Source: Candidatus Levyibacteriota bacterium
GTDB lineage: Bacteria > Patescibacteriota > Microgenomatia > Levybacterales > UBA12049
Length of the DNA stretch: 64,000 bases
Assembly: GCA_027459725.1 (NCBI GenBank)
Contig: DAIDHK010000002.1
Span: forward strand, 105,866 to 169,865
Direction: 5' to 3'
In this document: positions 39,995 to 50,477 of the stretch, in pieces
Layout: every line of letters starts with the position of its first letter
Position numbering within the stretch: the first letter of the stretch is position 1
Made by a program: the position numbers and the translations under genes
Notes under the pieces: generated by a model
Told to the model about the DNA's origin: nothing
The model's input: only the letters and a program-made list of their open reading frames with translations
Databases searched by the model: none

Positions 39995-42229
39995 TTATAA
40001 TAAGCTTATCTTGTATTCTAGCGTATGGGTGCCAGCGGGAACAAGTACTCCTCTATAATTATAATCTGTCCGGTAAATTTTAGCCTGTTTACCATCAATA
40101 TATACCTGCCATGTGGGGTAGTAACTATCGGTTAGAACAACAAATCCTGGATGTGCATTTTTAGTGATTAAAATAATTTTATTAGCGGTATAAGTCTCTA
40201 TTTTTACCTTACCTTTTAGGATATTTTGTTGTTTAAATTTAGAGTCATTAATCACTGCGTTATTTAAAAGATTAACTTGTAGTGTTGTTGATAGATCTTC
40301 ATTTTCTGTTTTTGTATTAATAACTTTACTGACCATAAAAGCTCGTGGGAATACGTTTTTATTTTGATAAACATATGTATATCCGTCATTATAAACTTTT
40401 TGTAGTCCCGGAGAGTTAAGAGTTTTATTGAGTGAAAGAATATATTTTACTCCAAGAAAGTTCCTCAAAGATGGTGTTATGGGCTCAGCAGTAAATATCC
40501 TATTAAAGGGCAATTTTGTTTGATATTTTTTATATCCAATATTCCGTGCGATTAACTGCCCATAATTTTTTAAATACAATGGATCATATCCATCTATTGA
40601 CTGCAATCCATACATTACGGAGATATCCGGAGGCATGATCATATTATTATCAGTAGTATACCTGTAGTTGCCAATATTAGACTGCAAAAATTTCAAAACA
40701 GCTGTCGATGGATATACATATACTTTATTCGTAAAAGACAAAAACTTATCTGCAAATCTTAAAAGATCAAAGGATGTGATCAAAATTAAGGCAATAACAA
40801 TTAAGAATATATATTTTTGTTTAATAAATAGATGACTTGTTAAAATAATAAATATATTCAAAGTGATTAAACCTACCGGCAGGTAAAGATTGTGTTCGGT
40901 TACACTAAGATCTGTGGCTGGAACAATATGTTTGACAAAAGTAAAAAATACCATAACTATAGTAAATAGAATCATTATTAACACAGGTAGATAAATTTTC
41001 TTACTTTTTCCATTTATAAACATTTCCATACCAAAAGCAGCAAGCATAATCAATGAAAAATCAATTAAACTATTCAATCTAGTAGGTTGAGAAGTGGAGA
41101 TAACTGGTACCGCTAGTTGGTATGGCAAGAATGAAATAACTGAGGGTAAAGCAAATAATAGTCCTACAAGTGTCCATGTAGAGAAAAATTTTACATACCA
41201 GTTTTTGATATTAGTAAATCCTAACAGAGCAAAAAATAATGGGCTAATCCCTATATATCCCACGAATTCTCCATAATTCCACACTCCCCAATAATTAAGA
41301 GTTGTGGGATTACCAAAGTAATCAGGAGCTAAATACTGAATAAGATTTTGCCATGGTATAAACCACCCTGCTTTATGCCAATCTTGTTGATCAAGAGTTC
41401 TAGCTGAAAGTGTTACAAAATGTAAAAATGGATACCATTGTATGAAAGTCAAAATAAGAAAGATGATGAATAATAAGACGAATAATGTAATTATCTTTAT
41501 TTTATTTTTATAGTGCCAAATTTTTAGTATAAAATAAGAAAAAACCATTAGTGATATGTAAAAGAACACTTGAGTATGACCGGCAAGAAAGCTCGATGTT
41601 AGTGAAAAAACGAATATTATACTCCAGATCAGACGCTTTTTATTCTGATGTATTAATATTTTTTCAATGGACAATAAAAGTACAGGCAGCCACAAAAAAG
41701 TCTGTATCACTGTGTTCCATTCATACCACGCTACAACAAAACCACAGAAACTGATAGTCAGTGAACCAAAGACCTGACTAAACAGATTGAGCTTTAAGAA
41801 TCTTAAATAAAGAAATGTAAAAAATGATAACAATACAGTTTGCAATAACACCTGAATACTCCATCCCTGTAAAAAGGGAGAAATTAAATAGATGATATTC
41901 AAAGGATAGAATACACCTGTTTGGAAATTAGCAAGAAGAGGTGTACCGGTAAAAGAATATGGATTCCACAATGGTAAGTTGCCTGAGCTTAATAGGTTAA
42001 GGCTAAGTTTTCTCCATGGATATTGTTGACGAAATGGATCAGTAATTAAAGAATTTTTGTAGGCTATACCATTTGGGTTGGTAGCTACATATATATCTCT
42101 AAAAGGGTAATAAATACCTATCATAGCATCGGCTGGGAATGGAACCTTTCCTCTAATAAGAAAAGGACTAGCAAAGATCGTAAATACTAATAATAAAAAA
42201 ACTATGGCTATTATTAAACGTTTCTTCAT
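39995..42229 (-). CDS. YfhO-like GT-C membrane glycosyltransferase
   Basis: 744 aa. N-terminal loop GKVPFPADAMIGIYYPFR...LWNPY, ~13 TM, and a C-terminal extracytoplasmic domain ending ...VPAGTHTLEYKISLL. Assigned by recalled family features, not by search. Confidence 0.5.
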   Translation of the reverse strand: MKKRLIIAIVFLLLVFTIFASPFLIRGKVPFPADAMIGIYYPFRDIYVATNPNGIAYKNSLITDPFRQQYPWRKLSLNLLSSGNLPLWNPYSFTGTPLLANFQTGVFYPLNIIYLISPFLQGWSIQVLLQTVLLSFFTFLYLRFLKLNLFSQVFGSLTISFCGFVVAWYEWNTVIQTFLWLPVLLLSIEKILIHQNKKRLIWSIIFVFSLTSSFLAGHTQVFFYISLMVFSYFILKIWHYKNKIKIITLFVLLFIIFLILTFIQWYPFLHFVTLSARTLDQQDWHKAGWFIPWQNLIQYLAPDYFGNPTTLNYWGVWNYGEFVGYIGISPLFFALLGFTNIKNWYVKFFSTWTLVGLLFALPSVISFLPYQLAVPVISTSQPTRLNSLIDFSLIMLAAFGMEMFINGKSKKIYLPVLIMILFTIVMVFFTFVKHIVPATDLSVTEHNLYLPVGLITLNIFIILTSHLFIKQKYIFLIVIALILITSFDLLRFADKFLSFTNKVYVYPSTAVLKFLQSNIGNYRYTTDNNMIMPPDISVMYGLQSIDGYDPLYLKNYGQLIARNIGYKKYQTKLPFNRIFTAEPITPSLRNFLGVKYILSLNKTLNSPGLQKVYNDGYTYVYQNKNVFPRAFMVSKVINTKTENEDLSTTLQVNLLNNAVINDSKFKQQNILKGKVKIETYTANKIILITKNAHPGFVVLTDSYYPTWQVYIDGKQAKIYRTDYNYRGVLVPAGTHTLEYKISLL

Positions 42230-43296
42230 GAATGTATTATTTTGTTTAGTGAGTCAAAAAATACTTGATAACTAAAGTTATCCGCACGTAATCGTGATTG
42301 CTTTGAAAGATAGTCATAAAGTTTTGAATCTTTAATTAAATCGTCTGTTCGCTCTATCAATTCATTGACTGTTTTCCAGGTAAGACCATAGTTATCATCT
42401 CCAACAATTTCCGGCAATCCACCAGCAGCAAACACAACGGGGACACAACCAGTACTCATAGCCTCAACTACACTTATACCAAAGTGCTCTGTTCTCTCTG
42501 GATATTGCAGAATATCTTCCCCAAAACCTGTAGCATGCCAGTAAATAGAAGCTTTATTATACAACTCAACAAGCGTTTTATAGTCTATATTCTCCAAAAT
42601 CTTTACAGGCAAGCCTTCTGCTTGTTTTTTTAAACTATTGACCAGTGTTCTATCTTCTTCGCGCATTCCCCCCGTAAGGATTAATTTCCAATCTTTATGT
42701 ATTAAATTTATCTTTTTGAATGCCTCTAGCAAAACATCCTGTTTTTTTGCATTCATATTAGCAGTAAACCTTCCAACTGAAAGGATTATCTTCTCTTTCT
42801 CAGACATTGCATAACTTAAGTTATCAACAGCCGGATAAATAACAACTGTTTTCTTCTTTCCTAATTTATTATCAATATGTTTTTTTACAAATTTAGAATT
42901 ACAAATTATTTTGTTGATAAGTCTAAGTTTTAATGAATCTGTTGGTTTTAACTTCACCCAATCGATCGGATGCTGGAACATTAAAATATTTTTTTTGGAA
43001 AAAAGAAAGGGAATACTTCCATCACTAAGATAAAATATTACATCAAACTGTTTACTTATATTATATTTGGTTAATAAACTTACTTTTGATGAGAATATGT
43101 TATTTATAAAGTTTAGATCAGATATATCTATGTTAAAACGATTCCTGGCTACACTAATAATCTCATCTTTCTCTGAAGGATTCCAGAAAAAACTAACATC
43201 ATAAGATTGTTTTTTAAAATATACAGCTGCCTGTATAAAATACCTCTCTCCACCACCCATGGTATCTAGATATGGATCAAAAAAAGCAATTTTCAC
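42226..43296 (-). CDS. GT4 glycosyltransferase (GTG start)
   Basis: Codon 1 is GTG at 43296..43294 (VKIAFFDPYL). The C-terminal half is GT-B-like (TEHFGISVVEAMSTG). Confidence 0.7.
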   Translation of the reverse strand: MKIAFFDPYLDTMGGGERYFIQAAVYFKKQSYDVSFFWNPSEKDEIISVARNRFNIDISDLNFINNIFSSKVSLLTKYNISKQFDVIFYLSDGSIPFLFSKKNILMFQHPIDWVKLKPTDSLKLRLINKIICNSKFVKKHIDNKLGKKKTVVIYPAVDNLSYAMSEKEKIILSVGRFTANMNAKKQDVLLEAFKKINLIHKDWKLILTGGMREEDRTLVNSLKKQAEGLPVKILENIDYKTLVELYNKASIYWHATGFGEDILQYPERTEHFGISVVEAMSTGCVPVVFAAGGLPEIVGDDNYGLTWKTVNELIERTDDLIKDSKLYDYLSKQSRLRADNFSYQVFFDSLNKIIHS

Positions 43297-43299
43297 CTT

Positions 43300-43314
43300 C
43301 TTATTGTAGCAAAT
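43300..43314 (-). promoter_or_regulatory. Extended -10 promoter element TGCTACAAT 6 nt upstream of the GTG start
   Basis: The 15-mer ATTTGCTACAATAAG (minus strand) is identical to the one upstream of galE. It follows a 65-bp intergenic gap. Confidence 0.35.
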
Positions 43315-43361
43315 TTGCAGTTGTTTATATAAGGAATAACTTCTTAAATCGAAGTTGATGA

Positions 43362-44111
43362 TTATTTATCTGCTTGTTGTTTCTCCCAAAGTTTGGCATA
43401 GGTTATAAATATGCTAAATGCCTGATAGATACTTTCGATCAAGCCAGCAGTACCAGCCTTATAGCCTTTCTGCTTAATATAGGAATCATAAAATGCAGTA
43501 ACGATTACCCTGAAGAATCTCCACTGTTTCATGACTGGATGATGTGCTTTCAATCTTAATTCAGCTTCAATTTCTGACCATTGATTGGTCTTGTCAACCA
43601 TAGAAGATAAAGATTGATGTGTATAGTGATTTATAAAACCATCTAGTTCGCCAGCACTTCCTTCAATATTGGCTGTCTCATGAAGTTCCCCGCTCCACCC
43701 CATAAGTTTTTCCTTTCGAAACAACCTAAGAATCTTTTCAATTTTAGGCCATTCATGGTTTCCTAAGTAATAATTTTTTCTCTTTAGCAGATAAGCTGTA
43801 TACTCAGGACGTTTTTGTGTCACCACAGAAAGTATACTTTCCTTTAACTTTGTATCTATTCTTTCATCCGCATCAATATATAATATCCATTTACCTTTAG
43901 CTTTCCTCATCCCCTCATTCCTAACCTGGGCGAAATTAGAAATATCTACTTTGAAAACCTTAGCTTTCATTTTTTCCGCAATCTCACCTGTACGATCCGA
44001 AGAGTTATTATCAATTAAAATAATCTCTTCACAAAAAGAGATGCTATCCAGACAATCTGCGATAATATTTTCCGCATTTCTAGCTATAATAATCCCCGTT
44101 AAATTGATCAT
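43362..44111 (-). CDS. GT2 glycosyltransferase (DADE-motif subgroup), paralog of 27796..28557
   Basis: LTGIIIARNAENII and ILYIDADERI. Confidence 0.75.
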   Translation of the reverse strand: MINLTGIIIARNAENIIADCLDSISFCEEIILIDNNSSDRTGEIAEKMKAKVFKVDISNFAQVRNEGMRKAKGKWILYIDADERIDTKLKESILSVVTQKRPEYTAYLLKRKNYYLGNHEWPKIEKILRLFRKEKLMGWSGELHETANIEGSAGELDGFINHYTHQSLSSMVDKTNQWSEIEAELRLKAHHPVMKQWRFFRVIVTAFYDSYIKQKGYKAGTAGLIESIYQAFSIFITYAKLWEKQQADK

Positions 44112-44113
44112 GT

Positions 44114-45742
44114 TTATGTTTTTATATAATAACCCATTTGATTAGCTTGTTTCCACTGTTGAGTTCTAATTGTATTTAAAATCGGCTTATAGATATATAA
44201 TCCGGTAATATTATTATCAAAGTAAACTGGGATATATAAGGCTTTTAAATTTACTGGAATAGATGGAGAATAAGCATGGATCTCTCCAACATATTCATAG
44301 TAGAAAGAAGGAGGATCATTTTTAAACATTGTTGTACGAGCGTTTTGAAATTGTCGAAATCCATTCATAGGAGGATAATAAAATATATAAGGGTAAGCAA
44401 CTTTTGTGCTGGTCTTCCAATATATTAGACTATCCCACGAATCAACGAATAGACTCTGGTGGGGAGAAGATAAGACATTTATCAGTTTTTGGAAACTATA
44501 GTAACGGCCATAATCTGTAGTAAAGATTGTCTGTCTATTATTATTCGACAAAATGTAAGATCCTGGAAGAAATATCAAAACAAGATTTGATAAAACAAAA
44601 ATACCAGTAACAAATAACAAGGGCGTTCTGTTTTTTGAATTATCGTAAATGTACTTAGTCAAATAAGCTGATATAGCAATACAAAGTCCGTACCATATTA
44701 CCATGTGATAAGCTTGATAATAAGATGTTCCAGGGGGTTCAATGCGTATGTTTGAAATTCCTAAAAGAAGAATTATATATATCGACGTTATATATTGTTT
44801 TTTAAAAATAAGATTTATAAAAAGATATATAAAAAATAAAGATAAAATAATCGAGAAATAACGAAGTATGTCCCAGTTTCCATAGATCAAAGTGAGAACA
44901 GGATAAAAAAAGATTTTTAATATTCCTATTCCGGCGATACCACTTTGTTGTATTTCTCCTACTGCAACTGAAGTGTAATTTACACTAATGACGTCAGTTA
45001 TATAACTTTTAACATCAGTAGTCACAAGTATAATTAATGACATAAAAATAATAAAAATTAGTGAATATACAGTCTCTTTTTTCTTTTTAACTAAAAATAG
45101 TAATACCATATACAAGACTAATGCTAATGGTACATATGGTTCCCGCATCCATAAAATAAACCAGGTAAATACACCACTTAAAAACAATTCCCCGGAACGT
45201 ATCGTCATTTTGTTATTAATTGCAGATAAGTTAAGAAGCAATAAATAAACCACTGGATAAACGATTATCCCTTCAGCTAAAAATAAATTACCGAATAAGT
45301 AGTATTTCCAAAGTTCATATATAATTACAAAAAGTAGGGCAAAATATTTAAAACGATAAATAAGCCAAGCGTCAAAACAAATACTAAAAAATAAGACAAA
45401 TAGTCTATGATCCATAACGAGCTGGTATAAGGTCGATGGTCTTAGATAAAGCTGAATTAGAGCACTTAAATAAGCCATCAACATGTTATGCTGAAAAAAT
45501 ATCTGAGAATAAAGATGTTTTCCAGATAATAGAAAATAACCAGCCATAAAATTGTTATACTCATCAATAAAACTAAATGAAACAGCGTTTTTATAATAAA
45601 GATATCCAATAAAAGTAAAAAACACAAAAGAAATTATGTAAAGAAATTGTGTGGTTAAAAATATACGTGGAAATTTTAGGACGATCGCTTTATGAGGAGG
45701 TAGCATAACTTCCTTTCCCGAATTTATGCAAATAAAAATCAA
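44114..45742 (-). CDS. Polytopic membrane protein (GT-C-like, unassigned)
   Basis: 542 aa with >12 hydrophobic segments. The start is uncertain because it overlaps the 3' end of 45690..46631. Confidence 0.45.
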   Translation of the reverse strand: MIFICINSGKEVMLPPHKAIVLKFPRIFLTTQFLYIISFVFFTFIGYLYYKNAVSFSFIDEYNNFMAGYFLLSGKHLYSQIFFQHNMLMAYLSALIQLYLRPSTLYQLVMDHRLFVLFFSICFDAWLIYRFKYFALLFVIIYELWKYYLFGNLFLAEGIIVYPVVYLLLLNLSAINNKMTIRSGELFLSGVFTWFILWMREPYVPLALVLYMVLLFLVKKKKETVYSLIFIIFMSLIILVTTDVKSYITDVISVNYTSVAVGEIQQSGIAGIGILKIFFYPVLTLIYGNWDILRYFSIILSLFFIYLFINLIFKKQYITSIYIILLLGISNIRIEPPGTSYYQAYHMVIWYGLCIAISAYLTKYIYDNSKNRTPLLFVTGIFVLSNLVLIFLPGSYILSNNNRQTIFTTDYGRYYSFQKLINVLSSPHQSLFVDSWDSLIYWKTSTKVAYPYIFYYPPMNGFRQFQNARTTMFKNDPPSFYYEYVGEIHAYSPSIPVNLKALYIPVYFDNNITGLYIYKPILNTIRTQQWKQANQMGYYIKT

Positions 45743-46631
45743 TTATCCCTCTTTTCTGCCAATATCTTCCCCAAAAAAGAATTTTTATACTCTCTCTAAA
45801 TAATGCAATTTTTGTTCGTAGACTAGCATATCTAAAACCAAATAACATTCTATTACGGCTAATAAAATAGTCTTGCAATGTTGAACCTGCTCCTCCAGAA
45901 GAACCGGCATTTTTATGCCATAATACCGCGCTTGGCCAGTATAGAATATTAATGCCTTTTTTAGTTGCCTTCATGCTGTAATCAGCATCTTCATAATACA
46001 TAAAAAACTCTGGCGGCAACATGCCTATTTTTTCTATGACGTGTTTATTTATAAACATACAGCAACCGGTAGCAATTTCTGTTTTAATAGGTTGATCGAA
46101 TTGACCCTTATCTACCTGATCTACACCACTGTTAGTGCCTATAACGTTATTCCAGTCCATTGTACCCCCAGCATACCAAAAGACTTTCCCTTTTTCTGAT
46201 TCAGTGTACAAATTTTTATGAAATTCAAAACCAGGAGCGAAATAAATCTTAGGAACTATTATACCCGCTTCATATTCAGATTCGGCAGCTTTCACCAATT
46301 CCTCAATTAAATTCTTCTCAACTATTGTGTCATTATTTAGTAGAATTACATATCTACAACCATCAACTAAGGCTTTTTGTATTCCCAAATTGTTACCGAC
46401 TGAAAAACCGGTATTTTTTTTGCTTTTTATTATTTCTTGCGAGAAAACGGATATTGGATTCTCCTCTAAAAATTTTTCTACTTCCTCAATACTTCCTGTC
46501 CGAGAATGATTATCAACAATATATACTGTTAAGTCGATGTTATTCAATTTTAAATTACTTAAAGATTTTAAACAATCAATTACGTTCTTTTCACCGTTAT
46601 AATTTATGGTAATTAAACCTATTTTTTTCAT
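45690..46631 (-). CDS. GT2 glycosyltransferase (paralog of 1153..2028)
   Basis: IGLITINYNGEKNV, IVDNHSRTGS and NTGFSVGNNLGI. Confidence 0.75.
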   Translation of the reverse strand: MKKIGLITINYNGEKNVIDCLKSLSNLKLNNIDLTVYIVDNHSRTGSIEEVEKFLEENPISVFSQEIIKSKKNTGFSVGNNLGIQKALVDGCRYVILLNNDTIVEKNLIEELVKAAESEYEAGIIVPKIYFAPGFEFHKNLYTESEKGKVFWYAGGTMDWNNVIGTNSGVDQVDKGQFDQPIKTEIATGCCMFINKHVIEKIGMLPPEFFMYYEDADYSMKATKKGINILYWPSAVLWHKNAGSSGGAGSTLQDYFISRNRMLFGFRYASLRTKIALFRESIKILFWGRYWQKRGIIDFYLHKFGKGSYATSS

Positions 46632-46634
46632 ATT

Positions 46635-48086
46635 CTATTTCTTTATTTTAAGAAACTCCAAGGTTTTTCTCAACTCCTCTTGTGAAATTATATAAAGTAT
46701 AGCAGCATATACTCCAACTGCAATGGAGGCAAACATAATAAACAGCAAAAAGTTAACTATCAACGGCTGAATAAGATATGAAAATCCCATCATCAAAGCC
46801 GCTGCTAAAAATGGTTTTATTAATGGTCTCCAAAATGAGTAAGTTACATATTGTTTCGTAAAAGGCAAAACGACTAGTAAACTTGCTGCCACGATGAATG
46901 AAGCTAATGATACACCGTTATAGCCATAATAATGAATAAATAGAGGAGTTAATATCCACGTCAAAACTGTTAAGAATACCATTGAATAAAGTGTTACCTT
47001 AACTTTACCTATAGCATTAAGGAAATTGGTCAAAGGTACCGTAATGGAAGCAAATAATATATTTAATGAAAAATAGAAAATCGAAATAACTGCTGGAATC
47101 CATTTTGTATAACCTGGAATCGGTACATAAACAATAAACGAATGTGAAAACATCATAAAACCTATAACTAACGGAAATACACAAGCAGAGATTAAGAACA
47201 AGGACTGCTCTATAATAATTTTTAGCGATTCTTTACTATGTTGAAGTCGGCTATAGGCAGGGAATGTAATCCGGACGACATTATCCATGATTAGATTAGA
47301 AGGTAAAAACGAAAGTTTCTGTGCAAATCCAATGATTCCCACATCTCCATGTGATAACACCTTTCCGATATAAAGATTCACTAAGTTATCTTTAAGCAAT
47401 GATAGCAAACTATTGGCTTGCAAAGGAATGCCAAATCCAAATAGATCTTTAATGGTCTTAAAATGAAAAGAAATCCCCAATCTCCATGGCTGGATATAGT
47501 AGATTACAAAAAGTCCTATTATGCTCCTGGCAAGGATTGCAATACTAAAACTGGTAATCCCATAATGCATAAGTGCCATAACAATCAATACTACATTGTA
47601 AACAAGATTTTCTACGATATCCGGTACGACAAGTTTATTAAAAAGCAAATGGCGCTCAAGCATCACTGTTGGTATGGTCTTTAAAGAGGAGATAAAAAAC
47701 GAGATTACTAAAGAAAAAAACAAAAGCGTCCCCTGACTATCCAAATGATAAAACCCCACTATCTTCGTAGAAAAAATAAAACATATAACCACAAGAATCA
47801 AAACTAAAAGTTGCTGAACGGTAAATGTAGCTCTATATTCCTCTAGAGTAGGTTCTTCTTTTTTTTGAATAAGCGACGCCGCCAGACCTATATCCTGAAA
47901 GTACACTAAAAACACAACTATTGATGAAGCGATGAAATAAATTCCAAAATCTTGTTTACTTAATATACTTGTTAAGACAAAGCTAGTAACGATACTTAAA
48001 ACTTTAATCAAAAAAGTACGCGAGGTTAACGCGGAAAATCCCTTTAACGACTTACTGGCAACTGCTTGTAGGTCAAAATCTTCCAT
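46635..48086 (-). CDS. Wzx-like (MOP) polysaccharide flippase
   Basis: 483 aa and ~14 TM. Its N-terminal region follows the polysaccharide-biosynthesis-protein pattern (SKQDFGIYFIASSIVVFLVYF...). Confidence 0.7.
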   Translation of the reverse strand: MEDFDLQAVASKSLKGFSALTSRTFLIKVLSIVTSFVLTSILSKQDFGIYFIASSIVVFLVYFQDIGLAASLIQKKEEPTLEEYRATFTVQQLLVLILVVICFIFSTKIVGFYHLDSQGTLLFFSLVISFFISSLKTIPTVMLERHLLFNKLVVPDIVENLVYNVVLIVMALMHYGITSFSIAILARSIIGLFVIYYIQPWRLGISFHFKTIKDLFGFGIPLQANSLLSLLKDNLVNLYIGKVLSHGDVGIIGFAQKLSFLPSNLIMDNVVRITFPAYSRLQHSKESLKIIIEQSLFLISACVFPLVIGFMMFSHSFIVYVPIPGYTKWIPAVISIFYFSLNILFASITVPLTNFLNAIGKVKVTLYSMVFLTVLTWILTPLFIHYYGYNGVSLASFIVAASLLVVLPFTKQYVTYSFWRPLIKPFLAAALMMGFSYLIQPLIVNFLLFIMFASIAVGVYAAILYIISQEELRKTLEFLKIKK

Positions 48087-48786
48087 TTTTTAAATCCCAC
48101 CAGAGAATAAGGCTCTCTAGAACCGCCCTAACAACGACAGGAACATTTGCTCCTGTAGGCTTCCCATGTAGTCTTGGATAATGCTCTACACCCACTTGTG
48201 TAATCTTTAATTTCTTTATGGTTGCTTTTGCCAATATTTCAGTTGTAATCATTGCCCCTTCTGATCTAAGTGGCATAATTGACTCCAGTGCACTTTTCCT
48301 AAACATCTTAAATCCACAATCTATATCTTTAAAATGAAAATGAAACAACATAAAATCCCAAATTTTAAGCAGATTCATTAGTAAATGTCTAGCCAACGGA
48401 TCCTTTCGAGACTTACGATAGCCAATAACCATATCAGATTTTTGTATAGCGGCTATAAATTTATCTATTTCTGTAATATCAAATTGTCCGTCGCCGTCTG
48501 TAAAAACAACAAATTCATATTTAGAATTTATGAATCCTTCTTTAAGTGAAGCACCGTATCCTCTATTTGGGTGATGCGAGATTACTTTTAATCTACCATC
48601 TTTAACTGTTAATTTTTTCGCTATATCTAGTGTTTTATCTATGGAGCCATCATCTACCATCAGAATCTCCCACTTAGTTGCCACTTTATCTGCAACTTTA
48701 ATGGCATTGTTAACAACTTCTTCAATGTTTTCTTCCTCGTTCCAAAATGGAAAAAAAATTGATAACTCAGGTAACATTTCACTCAT
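48073..48786 (-). CDS. DPM1-like polyprenyl-phosphate sugar synthase (soluble GT2)
   Basis: LSIFFPFWNEEENI, MVDDGSIDKT and FTDGDGQ. Confidence 0.75.
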   Translation of the reverse strand: MSEMLPELSIFFPFWNEEENIEEVVNNAIKVADKVATKWEILMVDDGSIDKTLDIAKKLTVKDGRLKVISHHPNRGYGASLKEGFINSKYEFVVFTDGDGQFDITEIDKFIAAIQKSDMVIGYRKSRKDPLARHLLMNLLKIWDFMLFHFHFKDIDCGFKMFRKSALESIMPLRSEGAMITTEILAKATIKKLKITQVGVEHYPRLHGKPTGANVPVVVRAVLESLILWWDLKNGRF

Positions 48787-50477
48787 AAGCTAATGAATAT
48801 TATACCAGCAAAAAGAATAATTATTCCACAGATGGACAAGATATCACTCCATATCTCTATGGGTGTTTGAGTATATGATGCATCAAGCATATGTAGACCA
48901 GAAGGAACTGATATAAGCATTCCTTTGGAAGTTGATGTGTATGGAATATTTTTCCCATCAATATATACCTTCCAGTTAGGGAATGGAGCTATGTGTATAT
49001 TTATTAACTGAGTGTTAGAAGATTCAATAGTTGCCTGCATTGAAGTAGTAGTCTGTTTATAAATCTTTAAAAGTATTTGTGATTCTGCACTAACCGGATG
49101 ATAAGATAGTGCCTCTTTACGCGATTTTGGAATACTGATAATCTGTGGCAAATATTCATATGATACTAATGAAGATTGCCAAATAAGATAACTCTCGTTA
49201 ATGTAGTTTTGATCTGTAACATTATAGTAAGTTTGAGGATTAAATAGTTTTGGATATAAAATACCACCAAGAATTAAAACAGCTCCTATGAATAAATAAT
49301 CAACTTTTAGTAATTTGAAATATTTATTTAATATTTTTTCAAGCATAAAAATACAAGATCCGCCGATTACGCTAGAAAAAAAAGATGCTAATATTAAAAA
49401 TCTCCAGGGAAACTGAAAGAATTTCATAAAGGGCAAGAGATTCCATAACCACTCAGACCAAGATAAGGTCATGTATAAAGAAAAAACTAATCCAATAAAT
49501 AAACTAGACATTAAAAAAATGTATTTCTTTAACTTTATTCTCTTAAAAAGCAAATACATAAAAATAACAAAAGATAGAAGACCCAATACCAAATGTAGCT
49601 TTCCTACTCTAAAAGAAAGACCATCAATACACCCTGGAATTGATCCGCCAAACCCCCAGGGGCTATCCCACAACTGCGAAATACATACAAATTGAGTGTG
49701 ATAGTCCGACCCTCCCAGAGTATCAGACTTAACATTGGTCAGATTCATTTCTGCTAAAGAGGGTAACCAATAAAATGCTGCTATTAAAATTGATGTGAGT
49801 ATTACCAGGATAAGATAAAAGGCTGTTTTATGATCCTGTTTAGAAAAACTTTGAAAAATGAGTAATACAGCTGCAATTAATATAATGGGAGTAACCATGA
49901 GTGCGGTTAAATTATGCGTTAAGATCAAAGCAGAGTATGATAAGGCACTGAAGACGACAAATCTCCATTTATGAGTTTTGTAAAGTTCGATTAGAAAATA
50001 AAATATAAAAGGAATAAGTGCATATGCGAATGACTCTGCCATATCTCCTCTAACGTATATATCCAAAGCATGATAAGGTGCATAAACATACAATAACCCC
50101 GCTACCAGTCCAGCATAGTTATTAAATATTTTTTTCACTAACAAATACATACCCAATCCTGACATTAAAATTCCCAAGCCGACAACAACTTTAACAGAGA
50201 CAATTGCTGATAACCCACCCAAATATAGGATGCTTGAGATATAGTAAATTAGGGGAGAATAAAAATTAAAGAAAGGATAACCATATCCAAAACCCAAATC
50301 TTGAGACCAGCGTACCGGAAACATACCATCACTTAAAGCCTTAGCCATCTCGTATACCCTCTGGACTTGTCCATTATCATGAATAGGGAAAAATCCTTGA
50401 TGGAATAAAGGCAACATAGCTCCTAGTGATAAAACAAAAAGGAATAAAACAGAGTAAAGATTCTTTGTTATTTTCAT
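48783..50477 (-). CDS. Polytopic membrane protein, GT-C-like family B (paralog of 50474..52129)
   Basis: N-terminal loop GFFPIHDNGQVQRVYEMAKALSDGMFPVRW...FGYGYPFFNFY. C-terminal extracytoplasmic domain with a terminal TM. Confidence 0.55.
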   Translation of the reverse strand: MKITKNLYSVLFLFVLSLGAMLPLFHQGFFPIHDNGQVQRVYEMAKALSDGMFPVRWSQDLGFGYGYPFFNFYSPLIYYISSILYLGGLSAIVSVKVVVGLGILMSGLGMYLLVKKIFNNYAGLVAGLLYVYAPYHALDIYVRGDMAESFAYALIPFIFYFLIELYKTHKWRFVVFSALSYSALILTHNLTALMVTPIILIAAVLLIFQSFSKQDHKTAFYLILVILTSILIAAFYWLPSLAEMNLTNVKSDTLGGSDYHTQFVCISQLWDSPWGFGGSIPGCIDGLSFRVGKLHLVLGLLSFVIFMYLLFKRIKLKKYIFLMSSLFIGLVFSLYMTLSWSEWLWNLLPFMKFFQFPWRFLILASFFSSVIGGSCIFMLEKILNKYFKLLKVDYLFIGAVLILGGILYPKLFNPQTYYNVTDQNYINESYLIWQSSLVSYEYLPQIISIPKSRKEALSYHPVSAESQILLKIYKQTTTSMQATIESSNTQLINIHIAPFPNWKVYIDGKNIPYTSTSKGMLISVPSGLHMLDASYTQTPIEIWSDILSICGIIILFAGIIFISL

